A stretch of DNA of 24,122 nucleotides from a virus (lineage: Duplodnaviria > Caudoviricetes). The DNA lies in IMG/VR virus record IMGVR_UViG_3300020042_010913, positions 1 through 24,122 of that record; one strand, given 5' to 3'. Position numbers and translations under genes: made by a program. The notes beneath the pieces were generated by a model. It ran no database searches, was not told the origin of the DNA, and saw only the letters and a program-made list of their open reading frames with translations. Position 1 is the stretch's first letter; each line of letters starts with the position of its first letter. Shown one piece after another: positions 1 to 9,240 of the stretch.

Positions 1-24
1 TACTGGTGTTTTGTCATCGTAAAT

Positions 25-30
25 TAAATA
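25..30 (+). promoter_or_regulatory. Late-type promoter TAAATA
   Basis: 7 nt before ATG 38. Core of the T4 late TATAAATA box. Confidence 0.65.
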
Positions 31-37
31 TTGATAG

Positions 38-2731
38 ATGGATCAATTATTAACATTTGAATTTGAAGAAGTACAAAATTCTATTGTAACACCTACTAGT
101 ATTGTATATGGTGATTTTTTACAACCATTTTCATTTATTGAATTTCTTAAAAATACAAACAATAACTACACACCAAAGGTATATAATGAGTTTTACATCC
201 AATATTTAAAGCGTTGGTCTATTGTAAAAACTGATATTGTTGTTGATGAACAGGTTGTAATTAATGCACAATATACTGATTTATTAAGAGAGGTAGCATT
301 AACATATTCAACGCTACAGGAGAGACGATTCCTATCAAATATTGATTTTACAGATCCAGAAGATCTTGAAATTGCAATTCCATTCTTTGCACGTAAAATT
401 AAAGAGATTGTATTATTGTATAAAACATCTCGCGATAGAGTTACTTTCCAGGTAGAAAGGAATAAACGCAAGGGTACTGAAAGTAGTGTGCAGGTTGCTT
501 TGAGAGATAATATCATTAGATATCTTCTTAATAGTGATAGATTTTCTAGTCTTAATATAGATCTATCTTCTGTAAATAGCAACATTAAAATACAAATAGA
601 TGATCTTGTAGATGAATATGGTAACTATTTTGATCTACCTACTCAACCAAGTGCTAGCTTTGATTATGGTGGTATTAATCGTGAAACATTTTATAGTGCT
701 AATACCAATAGTGTTGATTATACTGACTTTATTGACCTTGAAGAGTTTCTTAGGAAAAATATTTTTAATCTAACGTTTTTAACCCAAATAGGTAAAAACT
801 TTACGATTAATACAAATATCACATATGATCCTATCTGCCAACCAGATAACCCTATAGGTGATTTTTTAGAACAACGAACAGTTGGTGGTGTAACACCAGA
901 ACAATATAGACAACTTAGAGGTGATCTTATTCGTAAGTTTATAGGTGTTGATTATTATTACATTGTTAAAAATGAGTTTAGTGAAATATCTTCAGGTTTA
1001 TTGTTTAGAGCGGATAACCCATCAGGTAATCTTCTAAATGTAAGTAATGCATCAACAGCTACATTAATGTCTGATCAATTAAGGTCATTAAGAAAAGTTG
1101 GTCTTTATTTTGCACCTGAAAAACAAAGTGCTATAAGATTTAACAAAACACAAAACAAATATATAGTTGATGTAGATTTACTTCAACCAAATATTACATA
1201 TGTGTACCCAGATCCAGAATTATACGGTAAAGGGTATGACCCACATTATCCTATCGTTTTTTATTACGATACAACATCCTTATTAAATTTACAGCAAAAT
1301 ACTAACACTTTTGGTGATCCATTAGATACACCAACGAGTCAAAATTTTTACGCGTATTATTCAACACAACAAACATTTGAAGCAGATCAAGTGAATGATA
1401 GAGCGTTACAGTCATCATTTTCATCTCTATTTGATTTAGGATATATACAGGATCTCAAAAAAGATGTTTATGGTAATGAATATGGAATTATAAAAGGTAA
1501 AAATGGTGAGTTTTCTAAAGCTTTTTATTCATTTTCAGATATTGTTGATACTGGTTCTATAGTAAAAATGCTACCATTTAACGGTTGGTTGTTTAATGAT
1601 CCTATATCTGGTGCTAACTTTGATTTTAGTGAGAGTGGTGTTTATAATGGATTTGATAGTGTATATAAATCTGGTATATCATTAAGTGGTGGTAGTTTTT
1701 CAGACCCATCTTTTGATTATTATCTCAACTTTAGAGAATTTTCCCCTTACCAGGGTATACCTGCATCATATAATCTGTTTCCAGAATTTTTTAACACAAC
1801 ACTTTTACGTGTTGTACCTGTTAGTGGTTCAAGAACAGAATTTAGCAGCATCACTGGAGATTACACAGTTAAAACTATAACTGAAAAAGAAAAGTTGAGT
1901 GGTACAATTTATGTAAGAGATACGATAACTGGTATTGTATCACCACTATCATCAGCTCTTAGTATAGTGTTTAGTAAATATTCACAACCTATAAAAACTG
2001 AACTATATGGTAATAATGTATTAGGATTTGATCTGTTTTATAATACTATAGTAGTTAGAACTCCAACCTATATTGTATTTGATAAAATATCATATAACGA
2101 AACTGGGTTTATAAAACCAACTACATTTAACATCTATTTATCTACGGATAATTCAAACCCATTTGAAGGGGTAAGTAATCTCTTTTTTGATAACACAAAA
2201 AATATTATTGTCTTCTGTAAAACTGCTGTTCTAAGTTCATATCAAAATGATAACAACAAAATTATATATCCGGAGATTTATAAATTTGATATTGATAAAC
2301 ATTCATTAACTAAATTATTCCCAACACAATTCTCTACAGTTAATTCATTGTCTTCAAATTTCAGTATGTTTGGTGTTTATTCTGCATCAAATATAGTTGA
2401 AGTTGGTAGCCAGCAAATTGCATATAATAAATCTAATGATCTATATTGCATAAACTTTATTGGTTATGATAGTAATAAATCACCTTATATATTTGATCAC
2501 AAATTTGAATATAATGGAGAAGATCTAACGTTTAAATATTCTAATGTTTATGATACCGGTTCTTTTAAAGTTACTAGTAACTTTTATTCTTTAAGTGATA
2601 ATGGGTTTCAGTATATTACTAGAATACCAGGTAATCAAGCACTATATTATAATTCGTTTAATTACAGTACTAGTTCTACAATTGTGGGTGGTATTATACT
2701 AAACAATCAAGAAGGTTATTTACAACTATGA
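38..2731 (+). CDS. Large hypothetical virion structural protein (897 aa, possibly baseplate/tail-associated)
   Basis: Long ORF rich in N/S/T/Y/F. TAAATA late-type motif 7 nt upstream. Lies in a cluster with fibre genes. No catalytic motif recognised. Confidence 0.55.
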   Translation: MDQLLTFEFEEVQNSIVTPTSIVYGDFLQPFSFIEFLKNTNNNYTPKVYNEFYIQYLKRWSIVKTDIVVDEQVVINAQYTDLLREVALTYSTLQERRFLSNIDFTDPEDLEIAIPFFARKIKEIVLLYKTSRDRVTFQVERNKRKGTESSVQVALRDNIIRYLLNSDRFSSLNIDLSSVNSNIKIQIDDLVDEYGNYFDLPTQPSASFDYGGINRETFYSANTNSVDYTDFIDLEEFLRKNIFNLTFLTQIGKNFTINTNITYDPICQPDNPIGDFLEQRTVGGVTPEQYRQLRGDLIRKFIGVDYYYIVKNEFSEISSGLLFRADNPSGNLLNVSNASTATLMSDQLRSLRKVGLYFAPEKQSAIRFNKTQNKYIVDVDLLQPNITYVYPDPELYGKGYDPHYPIVFYYDTTSLLNLQQNTNTFGDPLDTPTSQNFYAYYSTQQTFEADQVNDRALQSSFSSLFDLGYIQDLKKDVYGNEYGIIKGKNGEFSKAFYSFSDIVDTGSIVKMLPFNGWLFNDPISGANFDFSESGVYNGFDSVYKSGISLSGGSFSDPSFDYYLNFREFSPYQGIPASYNLFPEFFNTTLLRVVPVSGSRTEFSSITGDYTVKTITEKEKLSGTIYVRDTITGIVSPLSSALSIVFSKYSQPIKTELYGNNVLGFDLFYNTIVVRTPTYIVFDKISYNETGFIKPTTFNIYLSTDNSNPFEGVSNLFFDNTKNIIVFCKTAVLSSYQNDNNKIIYPEIYKFDIDKHSLTKLFPTQFSTVNSLSSNFSMFGVYSASNIVEVGSQQIAYNKSNDLYCINFIGYDSNKSPYIFDHKFEYNGEDLTFKYSNVYDTGSFKVTSNFYSLSDNGFQYITRIPGNQALYYNSFNYSTSSTIVGGIILNNQEGYLQL

Positions 2732-3264
2732 GTTCCATCACCAAAATTCTTTCAGCAGATGCATTCACTACACAAGGGGATTTTTCTATACTTTATGATG
2801 AGTTCATTATTAAAAGTGATACATCAGTTAACCTTAATTTAATTAATATTAACGAGGATATATTTAGAGTAAAAACTCTTACCATTGATTGGGGTGATGG
2901 TACCGTTGAAACATATAACACGGATATTTATCTAGATTATTATAATGAAAGTATAATACCAGAACTACTCTATAATAAAGGTTGGTCTGTTTGCTTGGAA
3001 TATAACCATACATATAACCCAACATCATCTGCATATTTCAACAAGTATGTTATTAATGTACAACTAACATATTTAAGTACAGTAAAAGGTCAATTTATTT
3101 TACCTGTTAAAGTAGCAAAACCTTCATTGTATGATAGGGTAAATGATCTTAAAATCGTTAATACTCAAATTTTACCCCTATCATCCTCAAATACACTACT
3201 TAATTTACAGACAGATAAAGAGTTTTATATTATACCTGTAATCACAGCAAGTAGTGTCAATTAA
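2728..3264 (+). CDS. Hypothetical structural protein with PKD/Ig-like motif
   Basis: TIDWGDGTVE...NHTY resembles the PKD-domain WDFGDG/HTY signature. ATGA overlap with the upstream gene. Confidence 0.55.
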   Translation: MSSITKILSADAFTTQGDFSILYDEFIIKSDTSVNLNLININEDIFRVKTLTIDWGDGTVETYNTDIYLDYYNESIIPELLYNKGWSVCLEYNHTYNPTSSAYFNKYVINVQLTYLSTVKGQFILPVKVAKPSLYDRVNDLKIVNTQILPLSSSNTLLNLQTDKEFYIIPVITASSVN

Positions 3265-3267
3265 ATA
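3262..3267 (+). promoter_or_regulatory. Late-type promoter TAAATA
   Basis: 5 nt before ATG 3273. Includes the upstream stop codon. Confidence 0.7.
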
Positions 3268-3272
3268 TTATT

Positions 3273-5105
3273 ATGTCCGAAGTATCAATTTCACAACTCC
3301 CATTATTAGGTGGTACACCCCTTGATAATGATGTTTTTCCTCTTGTAAGTAACAATATTACGCAAAAAGTTACATATAGTACACTTTATAATGATATATC
3401 ATCCAAGGTTGTTGTGGGTAAATACACACCGATTACATCCTTTAATGATTCACAAACTTTTTTATCTAATGTAAGTGGTAATTGGCAATCCACTTACACT
3501 ACAGTAAGTACCTTTTCAGGTAGTTGGGGAGCTGCTGCAGCAGTAGTAGGTCTTACACTTTTCAGAGAAGTTAGTTCCACTATATCACCTAATAATAGTA
3601 CAAATGTTTATGCACTTAGTGTAAATTCATTATCAGCTAACGTAGATGCTGCATTTATTGCTAAAGGCACTGGTGCAACTATCGCTCAGATTCCAGATAA
3701 CACTGCAACTGGAGGTGCAAAACGTGGTCAGTATGCTACAGATTGGCAAAAATCAAGAGTACAAAGTACGCAAGTTGCAAGTGGTAACTACTCTGCAATT
3801 GGTGGGGGACGTTTAAATAAAGCAACAGGTCAGTTTGCAACAATTGCTGGTGGTTACGGTAATACTGCAGCTGGTGAAGGTGCAACAGCTAGTGGTTACT
3901 CTAATAGGGCTGATGCCGATGGTGCAACCGTTGGTGGTGGTTATCAGAATTACGCGCTTAGTGGTTATTCAACTATTGGTGGTGGTATAGGTAATAAGGT
4001 AGAATCGATTCGCTCGACGATTGGTGGTGGTAATAACAATCTAATTTCTCAAGTTTCAGATTATTCAACAATTGGTGGTGGTTATGGTAATACATTTAAT
4101 TTATATACAGAGTATTCAACAATTGGTGGTGGGTTAAGTAACACATTTCAAGAATCTACAGATTATTCAACAATTGGTGGTGGTGAAGGTAACATTGCTG
4201 GTTTTACGCCAGATGCACCTGGTTATTCATCATATGTAACAATTGGTGGTGGTAGATGGAATAATGCAAAAGATAATTACTCAACAATTGGTGGTGGGTT
4301 AAGTAATATCGCATCGTTGGGTTCAGTAGTAGCTGGTGGATCTGGTAATAATGCACAAGGTAATTTTTCATTTATAGCAGGTGGTCAAAGTAACGTTACT
4401 ACTTTATCTAATACATTTACTTTAGGTTCAAATATTACAGCTGTATTAGCAGATTATACATATGTTAACAATCTATCTACTCCAGGTGATATATCAAGTA
4501 ATACAGCTAGGGTTACAAGTCTAACTGGAACTAATACAAGAGTTACTAATATAACAGGTGCAAATGCGTTATTCACCAACCTAACTGGAACTAATACAAG
4601 AGTTACTAATATAACTGGTACAAATGCGTTATTCACTAACCTAACCGGAACAAATACAACTGTTACTAATATTATAGCAACGAATACAACTGTTACTAAT
4701 ATTACAGCAACGAATACAACAAGTACAACTATATCAGCAGCTACATATCAGGGCATTCAAACCATAAAAGCGTGGGTAAATTTTGATGGTACTGGTACCA
4801 TTGCGGGTAATAATGCTACATTAAATGCAGGTGCTTCATATAACATAAATTTTGTAAGAAAAACTGGTATTGGTACATACACTGTTGTATTTGCGAGTTC
4901 ATTTGCAAATACAAATTATATAATGTCTGGATCTTGTTCAAGTGATAGATCAATTACACCTGTAATTAGTGCTGGAGGTTATTTTTCATCACCTAGCGGT
5001 ACCACAAAAACAACACTCAGCTGTGTTGTTATGATGTTATCTGGTGCAACAAGTGCTACTAAAGCTGATTCTAAAGACATAGGATTAATGTTTATTGGTA
5101 GTTGA
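3273..5105 (+). CDS. Tail fibre / receptor-binding protein (610 aa)
   Basis: N-terminal ISQLP...D.FPLV...TQKVT fibre-anchor-like segment, then repeated S-T-I-G-G-G-x-x-N beta-roll units, a Thr/Asn-rich linker and a C-terminal KAWVNFDGTG...GxGxYxVxF domain typical of phage fibres. Confidence 0.75.
   Translation: MSEVSISQLPLLGGTPLDNDVFPLVSNNITQKVTYSTLYNDISSKVVVGKYTPITSFNDSQTFLSNVSGNWQSTYTTVSTFSGSWGAAAAVVGLTLFREVSSTISPNNSTNVYALSVNSLSANVDAAFIAKGTGATIAQIPDNTATGGAKRGQYATDWQKSRVQSTQVASGNYSAIGGGRLNKATGQFATIAGGYGNTAAGEGATASGYSNRADADGATVGGGYQNYALSGYSTIGGGIGNKVESIRSTIGGGNNNLISQVSDYSTIGGGYGNTFNLYTEYSTIGGGLSNTFQESTDYSTIGGGEGNIAGFTPDAPGYSSYVTIGGGRWNNAKDNYSTIGGGLSNIASLGSVVAGGSGNNAQGNFSFIAGGQSNVTTLSNTFTLGSNITAVLADYTYVNNLSTPGDISSNTARVTSLTGTNTRVTNITGANALFTNLTGTNTRVTNITGTNALFTNLTGTNTTVTNIIATNTTVTNITATNTTSTTISAATYQGIQTIKAWVNFDGTGTIAGNNATLNAGASYNINFVRKTGIGTYTVVFASSFANTNYIMSGSCSSDRSITPVISAGGYFSSPSGTTKTTLSCVVMMLSGATSATKADSKDIGLMFIGS
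3790..4400 (+). repeat. Coding repeats (YSTIGGGxxN, 14-17 aa period) in the fibre gene
   Basis: Recurrent tattcaacaattggtggtgg at about 4063, 4113 and 4164, with variants at about 3965, 4236 and 4278. Boundaries approximate. Confidence 0.8.
4521..4720 (+). repeat. 60-bp tandem repeat (about 2.5 copies) grading into a 30-bp repeat
   Basis: ctaactggaactaatacaagagttactaatataac at 4521 and 4581, variant at 4641. aatacaactgttactaatatt recurs at 30-bp spacing (4653, 4683). Confidence 0.9.
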
Positions 5106-5129
5106 TTTAAAAGGAACATAACCTATAAT
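5102..5129 (+). promoter_or_regulatory. Sigma70-like early promoter TTGATT-N16-TATAAT
   Basis: GGAA in the spacer. ATG 6 nt downstream. Confidence 0.75.
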
Positions 5130-5135
5130 TAGGTA

Positions 5136-5834
5136 ATGCATATTAAATTTGACGAAGTAACCCACACGTATCGAAACACGATTACTGGTGAGATTTATAC
5201 TTCCGCAACGCAACTTATATCTAAATTCAAAAAGCCATTTGATTCACTTTTGCATGCATCACGGGTTGCAAAGCGAGAAGGCCTCACTGTTGATTTTGTT
5301 CTAGATATCTGGGAGCAAGAAAAGGATAAGAGTATCGTTAAAGGTAAGAACATACACGCTCTCTTAGAGAACTACGTGAGATTCGGTGAGACTGAGAAGG
5401 ATTATACTTGGTTATATAAGTCATTCGAAAAGCAGAGAGAACTACTTGTCGGTAAATGTAAGCAAGTGCATGCTGAAAAGCTACTCTGGAACGATCACTA
5501 TAAAATCTCTGGTACTTGCGACTTATTGTATGATCACGAGGATTCCTTTTCCGTTCTTGATTATAAGACAAATAAAGTAATTACAGCATATTCAAAATAT
5601 GGAGAATATTTACTACCTCCTCTTGATTTCCTATCATATTGTGAATATAATGTATACGCATTACAGCTTTCAATTTACGCATATTTAAATGAAAAACTCA
5701 CAAATAAGAAGGTAAGGAACTTACATATACTATATTTAAACGAAGATAGATTTATTTCATTTAATGTACCTTATATGAAATTAGAAGTAGAATTAATGTT
5801 AGAAACATACACAAAAAGCAAAGAAAATAAATAA
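5136..5834 (+). CDS. PD-(D/E)XK family (RecB/Cas4-like) exonuclease
   Basis: H...E (IHALLE), E-x-L...SGTCDLL...VLDYKT and YALQLSIY motifs of the PD-(D/E)XK RecB-like nuclease fold. Confidence 0.8.
   Translation: MHIKFDEVTHTYRNTITGEIYTSATQLISKFKKPFDSLLHASRVAKREGLTVDFVLDIWEQEKDKSIVKGKNIHALLENYVRFGETEKDYTWLYKSFEKQRELLVGKCKQVHAEKLLWNDHYKISGTCDLLYDHEDSFSVLDYKTNKVITAYSKYGEYLLPPLDFLSYCEYNVYALQLSIYAYLNEKLTNKKVRNLHILYLNEDRFISFNVPYMKLEVELMLETYTKSKENK
5828..5833 (+). promoter_or_regulatory. Late-type promoter TAAATA
   Basis: 6 nt before ATG 5840. Confidence 0.55.
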
Positions 5835-5839
5835 AGATA

Positions 5840-6247
5840 ATGAGTATTAATCAACTTGATAAGTTGCACGAGTTCGACTTTTGGTCAATGATCAATAGTC
5901 TTAAATGGGGTGATGAAACAACCAGGTGTATTGCTGCAAAGCGATATATTATGAAGAACACACCACCATATAAGGTAAATGCATTTAGACGTATTGCAGA
6001 TAGTTACGCTAATAACCTCGTCAAAGCATATACTGATAAACTAACATCAGTTTATAGTTATGCAGAAATGTACGCTGGAGCATTCGAACTCATTGGATTC
6101 GGTAGATCGGAATACGATCGATATATTAAAGATCCTATTATGTTATCAACTATCATCGAATCAATTATTGATAAAGATGAAGATGAAAAATTTGTATTTG
6201 CATTACCTCTCGAAGATGACTTCTTCGAACAATCTGTAATTGTATGA
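5840..6247 (+). CDS. Hypothetical protein, weak DUF4240-like resemblance
   Basis: FWSMI near the N-terminus and LIGFGRSEYDRYIKDP recall DUF4240 (FWxLI; LIxxGRxxYExxLxDP). Recognised by eye only. Confidence 0.4.
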   Translation: MSINQLDKLHEFDFWSMINSLKWGDETTRCIAAKRYIMKNTPPYKVNAFRRIADSYANNLVKAYTDKLTSVYSYAEMYAGAFELIGFGRSEYDRYIKDPIMLSTIIESIIDKDEDEKFVFALPLEDDFFEQSVIV

Positions 6248-6741
6248 TCCAAATTACTCTCAAACCAACTAGAGCGGCTAAAAAAGAGTTTGAGTTTATT
6301 GATTTTGATGTAATGTCCCAATGTATAACGGTTCTTGCAAACAACATTTGCGAGTATCAGCTTGATAGAAAGTATCAACTCAAAGTTGATGTTTCACGTT
6401 ATCCGGATAAAGTCAACCCATGGAGTCACTATACCTGGAAGAGCAACATCATTTGTATCCACCCGTTTACCAACTATAAGGAATCATATAAGTTGAGACG
6501 GTTCATTACATATTTTGTGCATGAGTTCAAGCACTGGACACAAGATAAACTATTAAAAGTAAGTTTTAATAAAAACTTCAAGCCAGATGGATTGGAGTAC
6601 TATAGATGTCCTCTTGAACAAGATACGAGAGAATATACTAAACTGGTGTTAAATGGTACAATCAAATCGTATAAAGGGTTACTAGAGCTCAAACGCAAAA
6701 ATAAGGAATTTAACGCACTGAAGATAAAATTCTATTATTAG
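6244..6741 (+). CDS. Putative zinc metallopeptidase-like protein (HExxH)
   Basis: FVHEFKHWTQ followed by YY..PLEQDTR, which supplies a candidate third ligand Glu. Confidence 0.6.
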   Translation: MIQITLKPTRAAKKEFEFIDFDVMSQCITVLANNICEYQLDRKYQLKVDVSRYPDKVNPWSHYTWKSNIICIHPFTNYKESYKLRRFITYFVHEFKHWTQDKLLKVSFNKNFKPDGLEYYRCPLEQDTREYTKLVLNGTIKSYKGLLELKRKNKEFNALKIKFYY

Positions 6742-6743
6742 AC

Positions 6744-6749
6744 TAAATA
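6744..6749 (+). promoter_or_regulatory. Late-type promoter TAAATA (lysis unit)
   Basis: 5 nt before ATG 6755. Confidence 0.7.
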
Positions 6750-6754
6750 CTTGT

Positions 6755-6946
6755 ATGGAAAACACAATCACATACATCGTTACAACATTTAGTGGTAACC
6801 CATATTTTCAAGTAGCATCAGCTGTAGTCGTTTTGGCTTCAGCAATTTGCGCACTTACACCAACTCCTGATCCTAAAACGACATGGGGTAAAGTATATAA
6901 GTTCATCGAATTGCTCGCGCTTAATATCGGTAAAGCAAAGCAATAA
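6755..6946 (+). CDS. Putative holin (small membrane protein)
   Basis: 63 aa with hydrophobic segment VASAVVVLASAICAL, then TPTP and a basic C-terminus (IGKAKQ). First gene of a late unit directly before the spanin pair. Confidence 0.55.
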   Translation: MENTITYIVTTFSGNPYFQVASAVVVLASAICALTPTPDPKTTWGKVYKFIELLALNIGKAKQ

Positions 6947-7248
6947 TGCAGTTAATTGCATTGCTGACAAGCTTATGTAAAGCTTTAGCTCTTTATTTAG
7001 AGCTAAAGAATAAGTCCTTCTATTATGATATAGAAGAGAAACACCAAGCACGTAAGAAGAAAATAACTGATGAAATCAATCAAAACCGCAACGCTGGTCG
7101 CAATAACAATACTAATGTTGCTGACCAGCTGTTGTCAGAACTCGAGCTCGAAGTCAAGAGGTTTAAACATATATCAGCCCACTACCATAACGCTTGTGCA
7201 GGGAACACCAGTACAGACAGTGGAAGGTCGTTATCAGGCTCAAACTAA
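6946..7248 (+). CDS. Putative inner-membrane spanin (Rz-like)
   Basis: Hydrophobic N-terminus and charged helical remainder. Overlapped out of frame by a lipoprotein gene. Confidence 0.55.
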   Translation: MQLIALLTSLCKALALYLELKNKSFYYDIEEKHQARKKKITDEINQNRNAGRNNNTNVADQLLSELELEVKRFKHISAHYHNACAGNTSTDSGRSLSGSN

Positions 7249-7327
7249 CGAAGTTTGGCATTCTGATACAAGATATAGAGATCTCGAAGCTAAGTACATC
7301 AATATGCTTAGTAAATCAGCATATTGA
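7070..7327 (+). CDS. Putative outer-membrane spanin lipoprotein (Rz1-like)
   Basis: Signal peptide MKSIK + hydrophobic core + lipobox LTS-C. Starts inside the i-spanin gene in another frame and extends past it. Confidence 0.7.
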   Translation: MKSIKTATLVAITILMLLTSCCQNSSSKSRGLNIYQPTTITLVQGTPVQTVEGRYQAQTNEVWHSDTRYRDLEAKYINMLSKSAY

Positions 7328-7350
7328 TGCAAACTGTAAATGAGGTACTA

Positions 7351-8793
7351 TTAACTTTGTGCAAATCTCATTTCTGTACCTTCAACAACTGCTAGCCATT
7401 TCCAAGTTGCACCATTAACACCTGTAACATTGACGTTGATCGAATCGTCAGAATTAACAATAGCAACTGTTACTTCTGCTGGACTATCATCTACAGGTGG
7501 TATTATATCCACATTACTAATAATATCAATATTTGGGTCACCTGTAGATAAACACCGCACTAGTGTTCTTTTGTTATATTCTACATATTCAGTGCCATTA
7601 TAATTTACTCCCATTATTTTAAAGTTTAATGAATATATATAATTTTGTTGAAGTGTTATTCTTTTACTAATACCATCAAGATATAACGAAGATACAAGGT
7701 TACTAAATGTGGTATTTCTCACTATCCATCTCACATATTGGGCATCTCCGGTTACACTGAATCTACCAGATGCATGAGCAAATTGACCATATAATCGACT
7801 ATTAGAATAATATCCAGAACCAACTGAATATTCTTCAGATGCTGTATTCTCTCGACCACCAGCGACTGTCGCATATACCGCGGTTGCTCTATTTAAATAA
7901 CCACCACCAACTGTTGCAGCAGCCTGATTCGCTAAATTGTCTCGACCACCACCAATTACTGTTTGGAGTCCAGATGCAGTGTTGTTTAGTCCTCCACCAA
8001 CCACCGATTGAGAACCACCACCTGCAGTATTGTTTATACCCCCACCAATTACAGAGGCATACCCAGATGCAACTCTTGTAGGTAAAGTATCACGTAACCT
8101 TTGCCAATCTGTTGCATATGTACCTCTTTTATTTCCATTAGCTATTGTGCCATCTGGTATTTGTGCTAAAAGTGCTCCAGATAACGTTGGTATTATTGCA
8201 AAATCTACACTACTTGATAAACTAACAGCTGATAAACCATGTACTGGTATAGCAGAATTTGGAGATATTAAACTAGAACTAGAAACTTGAGTAAATATAG
8301 TTAACCCTCTCCAATTTGTAGCACTATTTGTTTGAACTGTACTGTAAAGCGAAGCTAACCCTGCACTCTGTAAACTATACACTGTAAATACATTTTGCCA
8401 GTTAGCGGAGTTTGAATTAACATTACTAAAAACCGATATATTATCAGCGCTTTGAGCACCAAACGCCGTAAATGTATTTTGCCAGTTAGCAGTTAAAGCT
8501 CTAATATCTGAGCCTTGATAATTCCAATTTGTAGCAGAGTTTGTTTGAACTGTACTATAGACCGATGCATTATTTGCACTCTGTGTACTAAATCCAGTGT
8601 ATGTATCTTGCCAGTAAGCGGAATTTGCTTGAACTGCACTATAAACACCAAGACTCTTTTCAAAATTCAATTGAGTTATTCTAGCAAATGCAGGTGCACC
8701 AGATAATGCAGTATCTAACCTTAAAAGTAGTTGACTACCACTACTTGCTGATGTGCTTGTTTGTAAGTTTGAAAAATTAAACGGTAATGACAT
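7351..8793 (-). CDS. Tail fibre / receptor-binding protein (480 aa), paralog of 3273..5105
   Basis: NSANW-type 14-aa repeats, shared block AQIPD.T..G.KRG.YATDWQ..R...VASG..S.IGGG, GGGxxNxA repeats and a different C-terminal domain. Confidence 0.7.
   Translation of the reverse strand: MSLPFNFSNLQTSTSASSGSQLLLRLDTALSGAPAFARITQLNFEKSLGVYSAVQANSAYWQDTYTGFSTQSANNASVYSTVQTNSATNWNYQGSDIRALTANWQNTFTAFGAQSADNISVFSNVNSNSANWQNVFTVYSLQSAGLASLYSTVQTNSATNWRGLTIFTQVSSSSLISPNSAIPVHGLSAVSLSSSVDFAIIPTLSGALLAQIPDGTIANGNKRGTYATDWQRLRDTLPTRVASGYASVIGGGINNTAGGGSQSVVGGGLNNTASGLQTVIGGGRDNLANQAAATVGGGYLNRATAVYATVAGGRENTASEEYSVGSGYYSNSRLYGQFAHASGRFSVTGDAQYVRWIVRNTTFSNLVSSLYLDGISKRITLQQNYIYSLNFKIMGVNYNGTEYVEYNKRTLVRCLSTGDPNIDIISNVDIIPPVDDSPAEVTVAIVNSDDSINVNVTGVNGATWKWLAVVEGTEMRFAQS
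8311..8646 (-). repeat. 14-aa-period VYSTVQTNSA(T)NW coding repeats
   Basis: Near-duplicate DNA ccaatttgtagca...tttgtttgaactgtact at 8311 and 8524, plus the protein periodicity. Confidence 0.75.
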
Positions 8794-8798
8794 AATAG

Positions 8799-8804
8799 TA
8801 TTTA
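8799..8804 (-). promoter_or_regulatory. Late-type promoter TAAATA
   Basis: 5 nt before ATG at 8793. Confidence 0.7.
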
Positions 8805-8811
8805 AGTAAGT

Positions 8812-9234
8812 TTATTGTATCTGAGTGTAACAAAACATTCCATAATCTACCATAACTTCTAAAAATCTTTCTACAGTAATGGTGCGTGGAAATTTAGTGT
8901 GGTCCCAAATTGTTAGTTCAGTAGTTGGTTCAAATCTATTTTGCGACAATGCAAGAGTAGATAAGGTAACAAGTTTCATAAACTCTTCTTCATCACTTTT
9001 ACCTGCTGCAAGTTTATAATTCTCTGGTTGTACATCAAATAATGGAGCGTTAGGAATTGCGGTTTCAAAGTATGAAACCGCATCAGCTTCTGATTGTGCC
9101 CAAATCCACCCATCTACTGGATATTCGTATGTGGCTTTATCTATTGCAAATAAAGCATAACCTTGCCCCTCCACATAGTTAGGTGCGTAATTAATTTCAT
9201 TGTTTTCTTTTTTATAGAATCCTGCGTTGTTCAT
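8812..9234 (-). CDS. Hypothetical protein, possible fibre assembly chaperone
   Basis: 140-aa ORF directly downstream of the LRR adhesin gene. The position is typical of Tfa-like chaperones, but no diagnostic motif was recognised. Confidence 0.45.
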   Translation of the reverse strand: MNNAGFYKKENNEINYAPNYVEGQGYALFAIDKATYEYPVDGWIWAQSEADAVSYFETAIPNAPLFDVQPENYKLAAGKSDEEEFMKLVTLSTLALSQNRFEPTTELTIWDHTKFPRTITVERFLEVMVDYGMFCYTQIQ

Positions 9235-9240
9235 AATAAA

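Noticed and set aside
5136-5834. Cas4 / CRISPR system
   Set aside because: No repeat-spacer array or other cas genes, and no four-Cys Fe-S pattern. It is better read as a stand-alone phage PD-(D/E)XK nuclease.
7328-7350. Terminator at the convergent junction
   Set aside because: The gap is only 23 bp and has no convincing hairpin.
3273-8793. Invertible fibre-switching segment (Gin/Cin-like) between the opposed fibre genes
   Set aside because: No recombinase in the window, and the shared block is diverged at the DNA level with no long perfect inverted repeat seen.
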